Shown here: positions 1 through 8,451 of the stretch, piece by piece
Position numbering within the stretch: the stretch's first letter is position 1
Layout: every line of letters begins with the position of its first letter
Sequence record: MT995927.1
Direction: 5' to 3' (one strand)
Length of the DNA: 64,000 nt
Program-made: the position numbers and the translations under genes
The notes under the pieces: model-generated
The model's database searches: none
Told to the model about the DNA's origin: nothing
Seen by the model: the letters and a program-made list of their open reading frames with translations, nothing else

Positions 1-28
1 AGACCCCTCTATATAGAGGGGTCTTATG
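1..28. terminator. Intrinsic terminator hairpin after the FN3-like operon
   Basis: AGACCCCTCT-ATAT-AGAGGGGTCT perfect 10-bp stem just past the stop at 39; the minus-strand tail would lie outside the window. Confidence 0.65.
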
Positions 29-38
29 TCGTATAAAG

Positions 39-899
39 TTATTTTAGTATAGGTCTAAATACAAACATCACATCAACTGCATTAGCTATGTCAACATCAT
101 GTTCAATACCATCGTTATCGATAGCAACTAGCATGGTATTATTTCTTGGAGATGGTGTCGACGTGAGAAACTTCACATTATCTGGAAGTGATAAATTGGT
201 TACCGGTGACTGGTCTGTTTGGATACCTGTCTGAAAAGCTGTACCCATATAACGCTTGAATTCGTCTAATGTTGGAACATATACCTCCCACTTAACGTCC
301 TGCATATCTATTATACGTCCTTGTTGAGTCGGACCACCTATATGCTCTATCAATTCACTCGGCCATGCATCGGACATATCTCCTGACCGCCCCATATACC
401 CTGCATGGTAAACAGCCACAGCGACAGCTTTCTTAATACTAGATGCATCATGAAAAGCCACATACTCATTATCGATAAAATATGGGGTTGGAGCTTCATC
501 AAGATTCATTCCTGGGATACTATATGGCGAAGAACCAATTGGTTTAAGGGTTGGCCTATTTTCATCTTTATAAGACTTTGTCAACCTAGCATATTGTCCA
601 TCACCGGCTTCGAGCTTTGTATACCCTAATACACTTTGCCATTTACTACTTACACTAAGAGTACGCATTGGTCCTGTATAAGCTAATTGACCAAATATAT
701 CCTTATATTTTAAGTTCAACCAAACGCATGTATCTTCAGGATATCTGGATGGCCAGAATCCCGCTATTAAATCCCAATCGTGGTAATAGTGGGGTGGTAG
801 ATTATTGTAATCCCAAGGTATCGCATTGGTATATGACCAAAATGTAACGATCGGTGTGGAACCAGGCCAACCTCTAACATTTTTAAGAGTGATGTACAT
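39..899 (-). CDS. Putative virion protein, degenerate member of the FN3-like paralogue family
   Basis: Start moved to the ATG at 899, which overlaps the upstream stop (TAATG); retains the NLPP and YTGP motifs of its neighbours. Confidence 0.6.
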   Translation of the reverse strand: MYITLKNVRGWPGSTPIVTFWSYTNAIPWDYNNLPPHYYHDWDLIAGFWPSRYPEDTCVWLNLKYKDIFGQLAYTGPMRTLSVSSKWQSVLGYTKLEAGDGQYARLTKSYKDENRPTLKPIGSSPYSIPGMNLDEAPTPYFIDNEYVAFHDASSIKKAVAVAVYHAGYMGRSGDMSDAWPSELIEHIGGPTQQGRIIDMQDVKWEVYVPTLDEFKRYMGTAFQTGIQTDQSPVTNLSLPDNVKFLTSTPSPRNNTMLVAIDNDGIEHDVDIANAVDVMFVFRPILK

Positions 900-1753
900 T
901 AATTTACTCCTGATTCTTGGATAAATTTTAATATGGGTTTCCAATACCAACTAACGTTAGCATCGATAGTCGGGTTAAAAGTGGTGATGGTTGATGACCC
1001 ATACTTACTCAGATCCTTAAATGCTCTAGTTGAATTCACACCTACTACAGTCATAATTACCCTGACATCATCTGCATTTTTATTAACCTGTTCACTAATT
1101 GACCGGATCATTGATTTTCTAGGATAATCAGCTGGTAGTATATACGATCCAACAAACCGACCATCCATAACTTGCATATAGAAAGAACTTGGCAATGATG
1201 GAACATAAAAAGAATATTTACAATTACCTTTGATGATAGTTTGATTATTATCTGCATTGTTAATCAACTCAGATAATTTGTCTTTTGGTATCTCAATATA
1301 ACCCATATATGGGAGAAAGTAAATATCTGATTTATGTTTAATTTTTGTCCACTGATCAGTCCAATTTACGGCATTTTCCAATTGTCCATCAAACATCATT
1401 AATAGATCTTGAAGACTAGGTAGCTCAGGACTAGTTACCCTATCTAGCAATGCAGCTCCATCTGCTTGCATTATAGGTTCTAAGAAACCACCTGGCCCAT
1501 ATTGTGAAACAGCTTTAAATGTAAATACTGGACTAATTGCAGCATCACCACCTTCCCTTACAATTCGGATACGGTAATCGTAAACATTACCCACTATTAC
1601 ATCACGATCAATAATAGCTGAGGTGAATCCATCTAGTTTCTGGATCGGTGGGTTTATAGGAGTATCTGGAATAGGTGTACCTGATAACTCACGATATACC
1701 TCAATACTTGTAATTGATCTAGAATTAGGATTCCGGATTTTAAAGGTGATCAT
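899..1753 (-). CDS. Putative virion protein with N-terminal FN3-like domain
   Basis: IEVYR...YDYRIRIVR...YGPG pattern shared with adjacent ORFs; overlaps the upstream gene by 4 nt. Confidence 0.65.
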   Translation of the reverse strand: MITFKIRNPNSRSITSIEVYRELSGTPIPDTPINPPIQKLDGFTSAIIDRDVIVGNVYDYRIRIVREGGDAAISPVFTFKAVSQYGPGGFLEPIMQADGAALLDRVTSPELPSLQDLLMMFDGQLENAVNWTDQWTKIKHKSDIYFLPYMGYIEIPKDKLSELINNADNNQTIIKGNCKYSFYVPSLPSSFYMQVMDGRFVGSYILPADYPRKSMIRSISEQVNKNADDVRVIMTVVGVNSTRAFKDLSKYGSSTITTFNPTIDANVSWYWKPILKFIQESGVN

Positions 1754-3696
1754 ATTGAAACCTCAGCATAAGTTGTAAATATCCGACTTGTACCAACTTG
1801 TACATCTTCGACTGGGATGATTGGCGCATCGATTGGATCAATTAATCGAACAATATAGAAACTGGATGTAAATGATTCATTAAGCCAAGGTTGATTATAC
1901 ATAAGCACGAGCTTATCTTCATAAAACGCCCCATTTAAAGATGCTCTACTGCTATTACTTAATCCTGGTATCACTACAGTTATTTTCAACCAGCGGCTTT
2001 CACTAGGTACGTATTGATATAGGTATAACTCACCTTCTACGCCATCAAGAGATGCCGAACTATACATGAAGATAGTATCTCGCCAAATATGGATTTTACC
2101 ACCTTTAGTGGCTGGTAATTCTGTACCTTGTTGAGTTATCTTGGTTCTATACACATACGACTCAGTTCCTTCAGGTATGGTTAATTTATAAGTCGCATTT
2201 GTAAAACCATTAGTATTTCTTTCTGGAGCAACCCATATGAAATAATCTTCATGGGGGGCTATTGGACCACCGCCACCTTCATAGAAACTAGACCGATTAT
2301 AGACTGTAAATGTACCATCGAATGTATCCAGATCCGCTGTTGCAAAATTATATTGTCCGGAAGGAATTACATTACCATACCCACCAATATATAAAAGTCT
2401 TTGACGATCAGTGACTTTATCATAATACTTCGTAACACTAGCGCCATAATAAAATTGTAAACTATTTGTTATAGTTGACCAAGAACCTTCTGGCGTGCCA
2501 TCATCCTCCCATACCTGAATGTCATTGTATAATTCAGTATACGTATATTCGTTACTACCCATCTTTTTGACGCCACCCATACAGTAGATTTTATTCCCGT
2601 TAACCCAGGTACATGCATTATACACCCCCACTGGCATATCCGCATGAACCTGCCTATCGGATCCATCCAAATTAATACTGATATGTTTAGTAGTAGCAGA
2701 TGCATATGAATTAAAATGACTATAAACACCACCAAAGAAATGAGCACGTCCATTAATAATTTCAGATTGGCAAAACATCATACGGTCAGTTGGATCAGCT
2801 GGAACAATATTTACACCAGGGCTTGGCCATGCCATATCACCCCTATTCATTAACTCAACCACCATATAAAGTGGTCCCTTAGTGGTCCACTCGGTGCTCG
2901 AAGAAATACCATCCAAGCCAACTGTCCTGAATTCACTACCCTGTGATCCGATATCTACAACTGGTGATTTATATGAATGCGTGTTACAATTACCTATAAC
3001 TCGATCACATGTAAGACCCATAGGGGAATCTGGATATAACTTAACATATAGTTCAGCATATTCACTTGTTGTCATCAGTCTGAACTTAAATGAATAATTG
3101 TTATATGTTACAGGTTTCCCTTGTTCAACTTTAGTTGTTAAAGAATCGTAGAATGTGCGGCTGAATATACCTAATCCGTCTCCGTACGATAGTAGAGCAC
3201 CATCATTATAAAGATCTTCAGGACTACCATAGAAAACAGGTATATTAGAAATAAATAATACGTTCCCATGATAACTACACTTCTCGACCTCTATTGTTTC
3301 ATGATCGATTCCTTCAAGTACAGTACATGATGGTACTAATTTTTTAGCTTCATCTATTGACAATATGACGTTCAAAGGTAATGTACCATATCGACCAATA
3401 TAACTATCACCACGTAAGATTTTATCTGGGGTATTCTTATCAATCTGTGGTCCAGTATAATAACGTTTCATTGTTGTGTATAAAGGACCAACTACTTCAT
3501 TGCCATTATGTACAACTGATACCCTATAATAAACCATGGTGTTGAGTATGAGGGTCTCATCGGTGTAGCTACTTGTATTACCAGGTAATTCAACTAGTAC
3601 GGGCGGCAAATCTTCTGCATCAAATGGGAAATAATGCCGATATATCTTTATAGTAGTGGATGGATCTGAATTATAGTCAGTTAATTCAATTCTCAT
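1750..3696 (-). CDS. Putative virion protein: FN3-like N-terminus plus C-terminal Kelch-like beta-propeller
   Basis: KIYR...YYRVSV...YTGP N-terminus; Kelch-type GG repeats (AHFFGG, KIYCMGG, LLYIGG). Confidence 0.7.
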   Translation of the reverse strand: MRIELTDYNSDPSTTIKIYRHYFPFDAEDLPPVLVELPGNTSSYTDETLILNTMVYYRVSVVHNGNEVVGPLYTTMKRYYTGPQIDKNTPDKILRGDSYIGRYGTLPLNVILSIDEAKKLVPSCTVLEGIDHETIEVEKCSYHGNVLFISNIPVFYGSPEDLYNDGALLSYGDGLGIFSRTFYDSLTTKVEQGKPVTYNNYSFKFRLMTTSEYAELYVKLYPDSPMGLTCDRVIGNCNTHSYKSPVVDIGSQGSEFRTVGLDGISSSTEWTTKGPLYMVVELMNRGDMAWPSPGVNIVPADPTDRMMFCQSEIINGRAHFFGGVYSHFNSYASATTKHISINLDGSDRQVHADMPVGVYNACTWVNGNKIYCMGGVKKMGSNEYTYTELYNDIQVWEDDGTPEGSWSTITNSLQFYYGASVTKYYDKVTDRQRLLYIGGYGNVIPSGQYNFATADLDTFDGTFTVYNRSSFYEGGGGPIAPHEDYFIWVAPERNTNGFTNATYKLTIPEGTESYVYRTKITQQGTELPATKGGKIHIWRDTIFMYSSASLDGVEGELYLYQYVPSESRWLKITVVIPGLSNSSRASLNGAFYEDKLVLMYNQPWLNESFTSSFYIVRLIDPIDAPIIPVEDVQVGTSRIFTTYAEVSI

Positions 3697-3698
3697 GG

Positions 3699-4667
3699 CT
3701 ACACCTCCTTCGGTTTAGTTAGACCTGTATAAACTAGAATTGGCCAAATAAGCATTTTATTCCATACGTCATCTGTGGCTACATTAACTACTTCGGTATG
3801 TAGTTCTTTTGCTCTTAATGGATATACCGCATCTCTACTTGTCCAATTAATAGCTGTACATTCATTATCAGTCCAATCTGAACTAATTATATATTTTATT
3901 TCGGTATCTGGAAATCTGGCACTCAATGGGTCATAGAACATATTTAAACCACTGTTTAATGTAAGTCTACCACCTGTTTTGTTACCTGTCTCAGCATCTT
4001 CAACACGAGCATACATCTCTGTAATAACTGCCATCATTGACCGCAGTTCACCTGGGAAATGCTGCACATTATGGTTTGGATTATTATGATGTTCGGCTGA
4101 AGGTATTATTATTTTCCAATCATGTAAACCTATTGTTAATGGAATTGCACCACCATTAATTAATGTTTGCATGATTTCACTATCTCTTGGTAGTTCCGAC
4201 CCAATTGCCAATGGATATGGGAAGGTACCTCTAACAGTACCACCTATTGCGAATTTATGAAGTTCTGCTACTTCTAGATAGTTACCTGTAATTGGCCCTA
4301 AACTAAATGCTTCACGAACCATATTAAACGATGGTAATGACGGTAAGTCCATTGGGAACTTTCCAAAATAACCAAAACGTTCATCTCCAAATTGGAAAAT
4401 AGCTGGACCAGGTCCAGTGTATGGGATAGCTGTAAATGTGAACATATCCGATGCTTCAAATTTTTGTGATCCATAGATCAATCTAAAGCGATAATAATAT
4501 GTTTTTTTATGTTCCACGGTTGTATCTTGATAAGATGTTATCCCTGGTCCAACTGTAGCAATTAATTCAGCATCTTCAATATTATCGAATTCGTAATCGG
4601 CTCGATAAATTTCAGTGGAGTGATATTTTGTTTTATTAGGATCAAGCCATTTAAGTTCAATTATCAT
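3699..4667 (-). CDS. Putative virion protein with N-terminal FN3-like domain
   Basis: TEIYR...TSYQD...TYYYRFR...YTGPGP...GD.RFGYFG motif. Confidence 0.7.
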   Translation of the reverse strand: MIIELKWLDPNKTKYHSTEIYRADYEFDNIEDAELIATVGPGITSYQDTTVEHKKTYYYRFRLIYGSQKFEASDMFTFTAIPYTGPGPAIFQFGDERFGYFGKFPMDLPSLPSFNMVREAFSLGPITGNYLEVAELHKFAIGGTVRGTFPYPLAIGSELPRDSEIMQTLINGGAIPLTIGLHDWKIIIPSAEHHNNPNHNVQHFPGELRSMMAVITEMYARVEDAETGNKTGGRLTLNSGLNMFYDPLSARFPDTEIKYIISSDWTDNECTAINWTSRDAVYPLRAKELHTEVVNVATDDVWNKMLIWPILVYTGLTKPKEV

Positions 4668-4815
4668 CCGGTATAACCTCTGGTTCAGTCACGGTATTAT
4701 CTAAATCGATAACCTGGAAACTTGCTGAAGGTGGTAAACTACCTTCGTATATGTCTATAGCATCCACAACAGGTTTTAAATTAACAAGTGGTGTAAATAA
4801 TAACGCCTCAAACAT
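4657..4815 (-). CDS. 52-aa small protein absent from the ORF track (MFEALLFTPLVNLKPVVDAIDIYEGSLPPSASFQVIDLDNTVTEPEVIPDDN)
   Basis: Hand-translated; GAGG SD upstream; overlaps the start of the next gene by 11 nt. Confidence 0.65.
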   Translation of the reverse strand: MFEALLFTPLVNLKPVVDAIDIYEGSLPPSASFQVIDLDNTVTEPEVIPDDN

Positions 4816-4936
4816 TTAAATACCTCTTCTAAAAATTACTATAATTTATAGTTAATGGCATATGCGAAGTCATTAAAAATGACTTCGCATATGCGTACTA
4901 TATTTTATTTAGACAACAATGTCATATCATAACAAC

Positions 4937-4968
4937 ATAAAGCCCTCCATGACGGAGGGCTTTTATTT
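4937..4968. terminator. Intrinsic terminator, probably bidirectional
   Basis: AAAGCCCTCC-ATGAC-GGAGGGCTTT with A/T tails on both sides. Confidence 0.8.
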
Positions 4969-4982
4969 TACCTATTTATATT

Positions 4983-5507
4983 TTAACTAAAGCGAACTAC
5001 AATTACATTAGCACCGAAAGTATCAGCTACCCATTGATTAAATTCTTTATCAGTGATACCTCGTAAATTCAGATTATACGAAGCATTATCTACAAGCACA
5101 TAGCGGATATTTGAAAGTACATTTTCATTAAAGTCTTTCTGGATTGATGATTGTCCAGGTTTATGGATATAGCTACGTAGTTTAAATGTAGTTAAATATG
5201 GAATAATGTTATCTGGTGTTTTGGATAGTTTATCTTGAGCACCACATCGAATTCTTTCGTCGGTGAATACTGCCAAACATTCACCAGGATGGCGTTGTGA
5301 AAATTCCATTAATGCTGTAGTACTACCAGATTGACGACCAATAAAAAACCCTACTGTTCTATGATCACGTATGGTGATATGGTTGGCATCATTAAGATAA
5401 CAATGCATCCAATACTTATTCCAATTCTCATTAGTTTTATATATCAATGCATCCAGGATACCCTGGTAATCAACAATAGTTCTTACGAACTGATTAGTGT
5501 TACTCAT
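4983..5507 (-). CDS. Hypothetical protein with degenerate P-loop NTPase-like motifs
   Basis: GFFIGRQSGSTT (Walker A-like) and YVLVDN (Walker B-like); start placed at 5507 after an AAGGA SD. Confidence 0.6.
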   Translation of the reverse strand: MSNTNQFVRTIVDYQGILDALIYKTNENWNKYWMHCYLNDANHITIRDHRTVGFFIGRQSGSTTALMEFSQRHPGECLAVFTDERIRCGAQDKLSKTPDNIIPYLTTFKLRSYIHKPGQSSIQKDFNENVLSNIRYVLVDNASYNLNLRGITDKEFNQWVADTFGANVIVVRFS

Positions 5508-5792
5508 TGCGTTATTTCCTTTATTACAATGTAGTATATAATCCATGGTAGGTTATATACCGATTATGAAAATGACTCGTTACCATTTTCTTCATCTAAA
5601 TTAATATCGTTAGGGGTTACAAAGAACGAGAACCACCTATTGATGTAATATAGCCAGGGGTGGCAAACCCCTGGCATTCAGACACACTCTATAACTAAGT
5701 CTACCACCGAGTATGTTTAGTGGGTAGCTTTAAGATTATCTAAATACAGTAATCCTACATAATATCATCGCACTGGTATTTTTATCTTTAGT

Positions 5793-6800
5793 TTAATCGA
5801 GAACTAATGGGGCTACTTTAACTTGGTATATGCCAGTTAATAATTGGCTTTTCAACATATATGCTCCACCACCAACTGCCATTTTAGATCCACCAACAAT
5901 AATCATACTGCCATCTGGACCTTTAGCTATTGACGATATATTAAGGAACCCTATGCCAAGTTCTAATGGTTCAGCCCATTTACGACGCCTAATGTTAAAA
6001 CGTTGTGCAAACATTTTAGTTACGCCATTGACATCAACTGCATTAATATAATTAAAATATTCTCCATCTACATAACCGTTACCTTGCCAGATTGTTCCTT
6101 TATCAGCAGGTATAATCATCCAAGGTGTTTGCTCCCATACTAAGGTAGTTGCATTATATCGATAAACTTCAAGATTAGGTATGTTCTTTGTATTATCCCA
6201 GCCGCCAAAATGATAAAAGTAACCATTATAGAAGAATAACTGTTGACCTGAACGAGCACCACCTGAATAATCTTGTCCACTAAGCCATGTCTTACCCGAT
6301 GGTTTTAACCGCATTGCATTTACCCCAACTGGGTTTACACACAAAATAAGATCATTACCATCTGATGCGGATGCTGTACCCCAAAATGGTACAGGCCCAC
6401 TATATCGTTCAACCCTGCTACCTGTACTTATATCAAAATGTTGTATAAAGTTAGATGTCCCCGTACCACCATTACCCGCCGCGTTCCATCCAGTAATACC
6501 GCCATAAACAATAAAGTTATTCTTATGTAATGTTCCAAATCCTAAGGATACACCTGGTAGGAATGTTCCAGAAGCTGTTGCACCTGCATCTGCGAATGGT
6601 GATATGGTAAAACGTCTGAATACAGTTGCGGCTGTTTGTCCTTCAGTATGATGTCCAGATCCAACATATAGTGTATTTCCATCTACATATGACATAGTAC
6701 CAGCTAGTGCCACAGGTAGATCACCTAATTTAATAATTTCGTTAAATCCAACCAAGGGTAACTCTTCGCCTATATCTGGCGATAATAGTAATTCAAACAT
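5793..6800 (-). CDS. Kelch-repeat beta-propeller protein, probably virion-associated
   Basis: Repeats LYVGSG, FIVYGG, FYHFGGW, MIIVGG with Kelch-type spacing. Confidence 0.75.
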   Translation of the reverse strand: MFELLLSPDIGEELPLVGFNEIIKLGDLPVALAGTMSYVDGNTLYVGSGHHTEGQTAATVFRRFTISPFADAGATASGTFLPGVSLGFGTLHKNNFIVYGGITGWNAAGNGGTGTSNFIQHFDISTGSRVERYSGPVPFWGTASASDGNDLILCVNPVGVNAMRLKPSGKTWLSGQDYSGGARSGQQLFFYNGYFYHFGGWDNTKNIPNLEVYRYNATTLVWEQTPWMIIPADKGTIWQGNGYVDGEYFNYINAVDVNGVTKMFAQRFNIRRRKWAEPLELGIGFLNISSIAKGPDGSMIIVGGSKMAVGGGAYMLKSQLLTGIYQVKVAPLVLD

Positions 6801-6851
6801 GAGTGTGCTCTCAAGTAAATCATTTTAATTCATAAGATAACCCATGGCAAC

Positions 6852-6878
6852 ATAAAAGAGTAGCCGAAGCTACTCTTT
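6852..6878 (-). terminator. Terminator after the tRNA-Asp/Asn transcript
   Basis: Minus strand reads AAAGAGTAGC-TTCG-GCTACTCTTTT. Confidence 0.85.
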
Positions 6879-6884
6879 AGAAAT

Positions 6885-6971
6885 TGGCTGGTAAGGTAGG
6901 ATTCGAACCTACGGTGGGCTTTCGCCAACGGATTAACAGTCCGCTCCCTGCTACCACTCGGGTACTTACCA
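6885..6971 (-). tRNA. trnN: tRNA-Asn(GTT), 87 nt, with long variable arm
   Basis: Folded by hand: acceptor TGGTAAG/CTTACCA, anticodon arm GCGGA-CTGTTAA-TCCGT, T arm GTAGG-TTCGAAT-CCTAC, G73, encoded CCA. Confidence 0.9.
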
Positions 6972-6980
6972 ATGAAATCG

Positions 6981-7017
6981 TAAAAGTCACTTGCTCTACC
7001 GACTGAGCTATCACGGA
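6981..7017 (-). pseudogene. Truncated tRNA 5' half (Asn-like body, TTT in the anticodon position)
   Basis: TCCGTGA-TA-GCTC-AGTCGGTA-GAGC-A-AGTGA-CTTTTA, then no 3' anticodon strand, T arm or acceptor strand. Confidence 0.75.
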
Positions 7018-7023
7018 ATTAAA

Positions 7024-7100
7024 TGGCGCGCCCAAGGGGACTCGAACCCCTGACCACCCGCGTGACAGGCGGGTATTCTAACCAACTGAACTATGAGCGC
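7024..7100 (-). tRNA. trnD: tRNA-Asp(GTC)
   Basis: Acceptor GCGCTCA/TGGGCGC, anticodon loop CTGTCAC, GTTCGAG T loop, G73, encoded CCA. Confidence 0.95.
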
Positions 7101-7187
7101 AAACGTATGGACATGACTTCCTACATAGTATTACATAACCAGTAATATTTTTATTACGGATGATCAACTCAGTACTTGAAACAATTG

Positions 7188-7502
7188 TCATCTTTGGGGG
7201 CTATCATGTTCAGCAAGGACGTTCTTAAGTTCCTCATCATACAGCTTGACCCTATCCCCTACGGGAATATCCAGTTCAGGGCATGGTTCAATTTTACGTG
7301 TAATAATCAGATTATCAGATCCATCTTTAAAGACAAAGATGAATTGTGTCTCAGTATCACTTACCTTTTTCCTGACGCAGTGTTTTACTTCTGGGTATTG
7401 TTTGTGGATAGCTGTAAAAGCTTCTACAATAGTCATGCACATTAACTTAGGGCTACAAAAAGAAAAGTATACATCATGCTGAAGTTCGGTTAGATTGCTC
7501 AT
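7188..7502 (-). CDS. Hypothetical protein in tRNA region
   Basis: 104-aa ORF collinear with neighbours; GGAG SD. Confidence 0.6.
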   Translation of the reverse strand: MSNLTELQHDVYFSFCSPKLMCMTIVEAFTAIHKQYPEVKHCVRKKVSDTETQFIFVFKDGSDNLIITRKIEPCPELDIPVGDRVKLYDEELKNVLAEHDSPQR

Positions 7503-7504
7503 AT

Positions 7505-7792
7505 TTACTCCGTATGCTTAAGATAGGTTTCGATAGCTTTCAACCCTTTATTAAAGAACATTGCTGGTACATAGGTAATGTTGATTACATTGTACTCGTC
7601 CAGTTCCCACCGGATTGGTTTTGTAACAGCGTTGATTGTTACATCTAATCCATTCGGATACAGTATTACTTCATCCGATAATCTAATCCAATCTGGTCCT
7701 TTAGCACCACCCCTATGAACTGGATTAAATGTAAGATTATAAAGTGTTTGAAGTGGTTGCTTCAATAGTTCTTTTTGTTCTTGATGTTCCAT
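7505..7792 (-). CDS. Hypothetical protein
   Basis: 95-aa ORF, tightly packed; AGGA SD. Confidence 0.6.
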   Translation of the reverse strand: MEHQEQKELLKQPLQTLYNLTFNPVHRGGAKGPDWIRLSDEVILYPNGLDVTINAVTKPIRWELDEYNVINITYVPAMFFNKGLKAIETYLKHTE

Positions 7793-7801
7793 ATATTTTT
7801 C

Positions 7802-8023
7802 CTAGGGACATTTAAAAATATAAATAGAATGGTTATCTCTGTCGGTTATCTTTAGAGTGTTCTCATTTCGAATAACTTCAAAAGACTTGTATTTATGTTC
7901 CAGAATATCCAGATGAGAAATACATTGTTCCCTATTTTCAAATATGATCTTACTTTCATCAGTCGAAGTGAAACCAAATAATCCGACCTTGATAGATAAT
8001 ACCAACATTATTACAGTATTCAT
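7802..8023 (-). CDS. Hypothetical protein with hydrophobic N-terminus
   Basis: 73 aa; GAGG SD; N-terminal IMLVLSIKVGLFGF. Confidence 0.6.
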   Translation of the reverse strand: MNTVIMLVLSIKVGLFGFTSTDESKIIFENREQCISHLDILEHKYKSFEVIRNENTLKITDRDNHSIYIFKCP

Positions 8024-8042
8024 GTTTTCCTCATTGAGGCAA

Positions 8043-8067
8043 TATAAAGCCTCCCGAATGGGAGGCT
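8043..8067 (-). terminator. Terminator after tRNA(CAT)
   Basis: Minus strand reads AGCCTCCC-ATTC-GGGAGGCT-TTATAT. Confidence 0.8.
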
Positions 8068-8073
8068 AGTACA

Positions 8074-8150
8074 TGGTGGGCCCAGCAGGACTTGAACCTG
8101 CGACCAAGCGATTATGAGTCGCCTGCTCTAACCAACTGAGCTATAGGCCC
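8074..8150 (-). tRNA. trnI: tRNA with CAT anticodon, Ile2 (lysidine, AUA-reading) type rather than Met
   Basis: GGGCCTATAGCTCAGTTGGTTAGAGCAGGCGACTCATAATCGCTTGGTCGCAGGTTCAAGTCCTGCTGGGCCCACCA; the anticodon arm and T arm match the gammaproteobacterial ileX pattern as recalled. Confidence 0.85.
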
Positions 8151-8157
8151 TTTTTAT

Positions 8158-8451
8158 TTATTCTGGTAAGAATGTTCCATCTTTTTGACGGACTAATACA
8201 CCTGACCATTTGAATTTATTTGTATCACTAGCAGGGCACTCTCTAATTACATTGGTTCTAAACGTGCCATGTGGATAGGTTACAGTGAATGTAATATGGT
8301 TATTACAAACATGTAATACAGAAGACTTTGCTTCTGTTAAATAGTGTAAGCCTTGAGCTAATTGAATATTAGTTAATTCAGGGTCACTAAGAATAGCGTA
8401 AAGAGCTGTTCCTATAATCTGATGTTCCCATGATATCCATTTATTATCCAT
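8158..8451 (-). CDS. Hypothetical protein between tRNAs
   Basis: 97-aa ORF filling the gap between tRNA-Pro and tRNA(CAT). Confidence 0.6.
   Translation of the reverse strand: MDNKWISWEHQIIGTALYAILSDPELTNIQLAQGLHYLTEAKSSVLHVCNNHITFTVTYPHGTFRTNVIRECPASDTNKFKWSGVLVRQKDGTFLPE

Noticed and set aside
5645-5652. TATATTAC on the minus strand as an early promoter
   Set aside because: It lacks the AT-rich upstream element seen at all other sites and is preceded by a GC hairpin
8074-8150. Calling the CAT tRNA Met or fMet
   Set aside because: It lacks the initiator features and the body matches the Ile2 type
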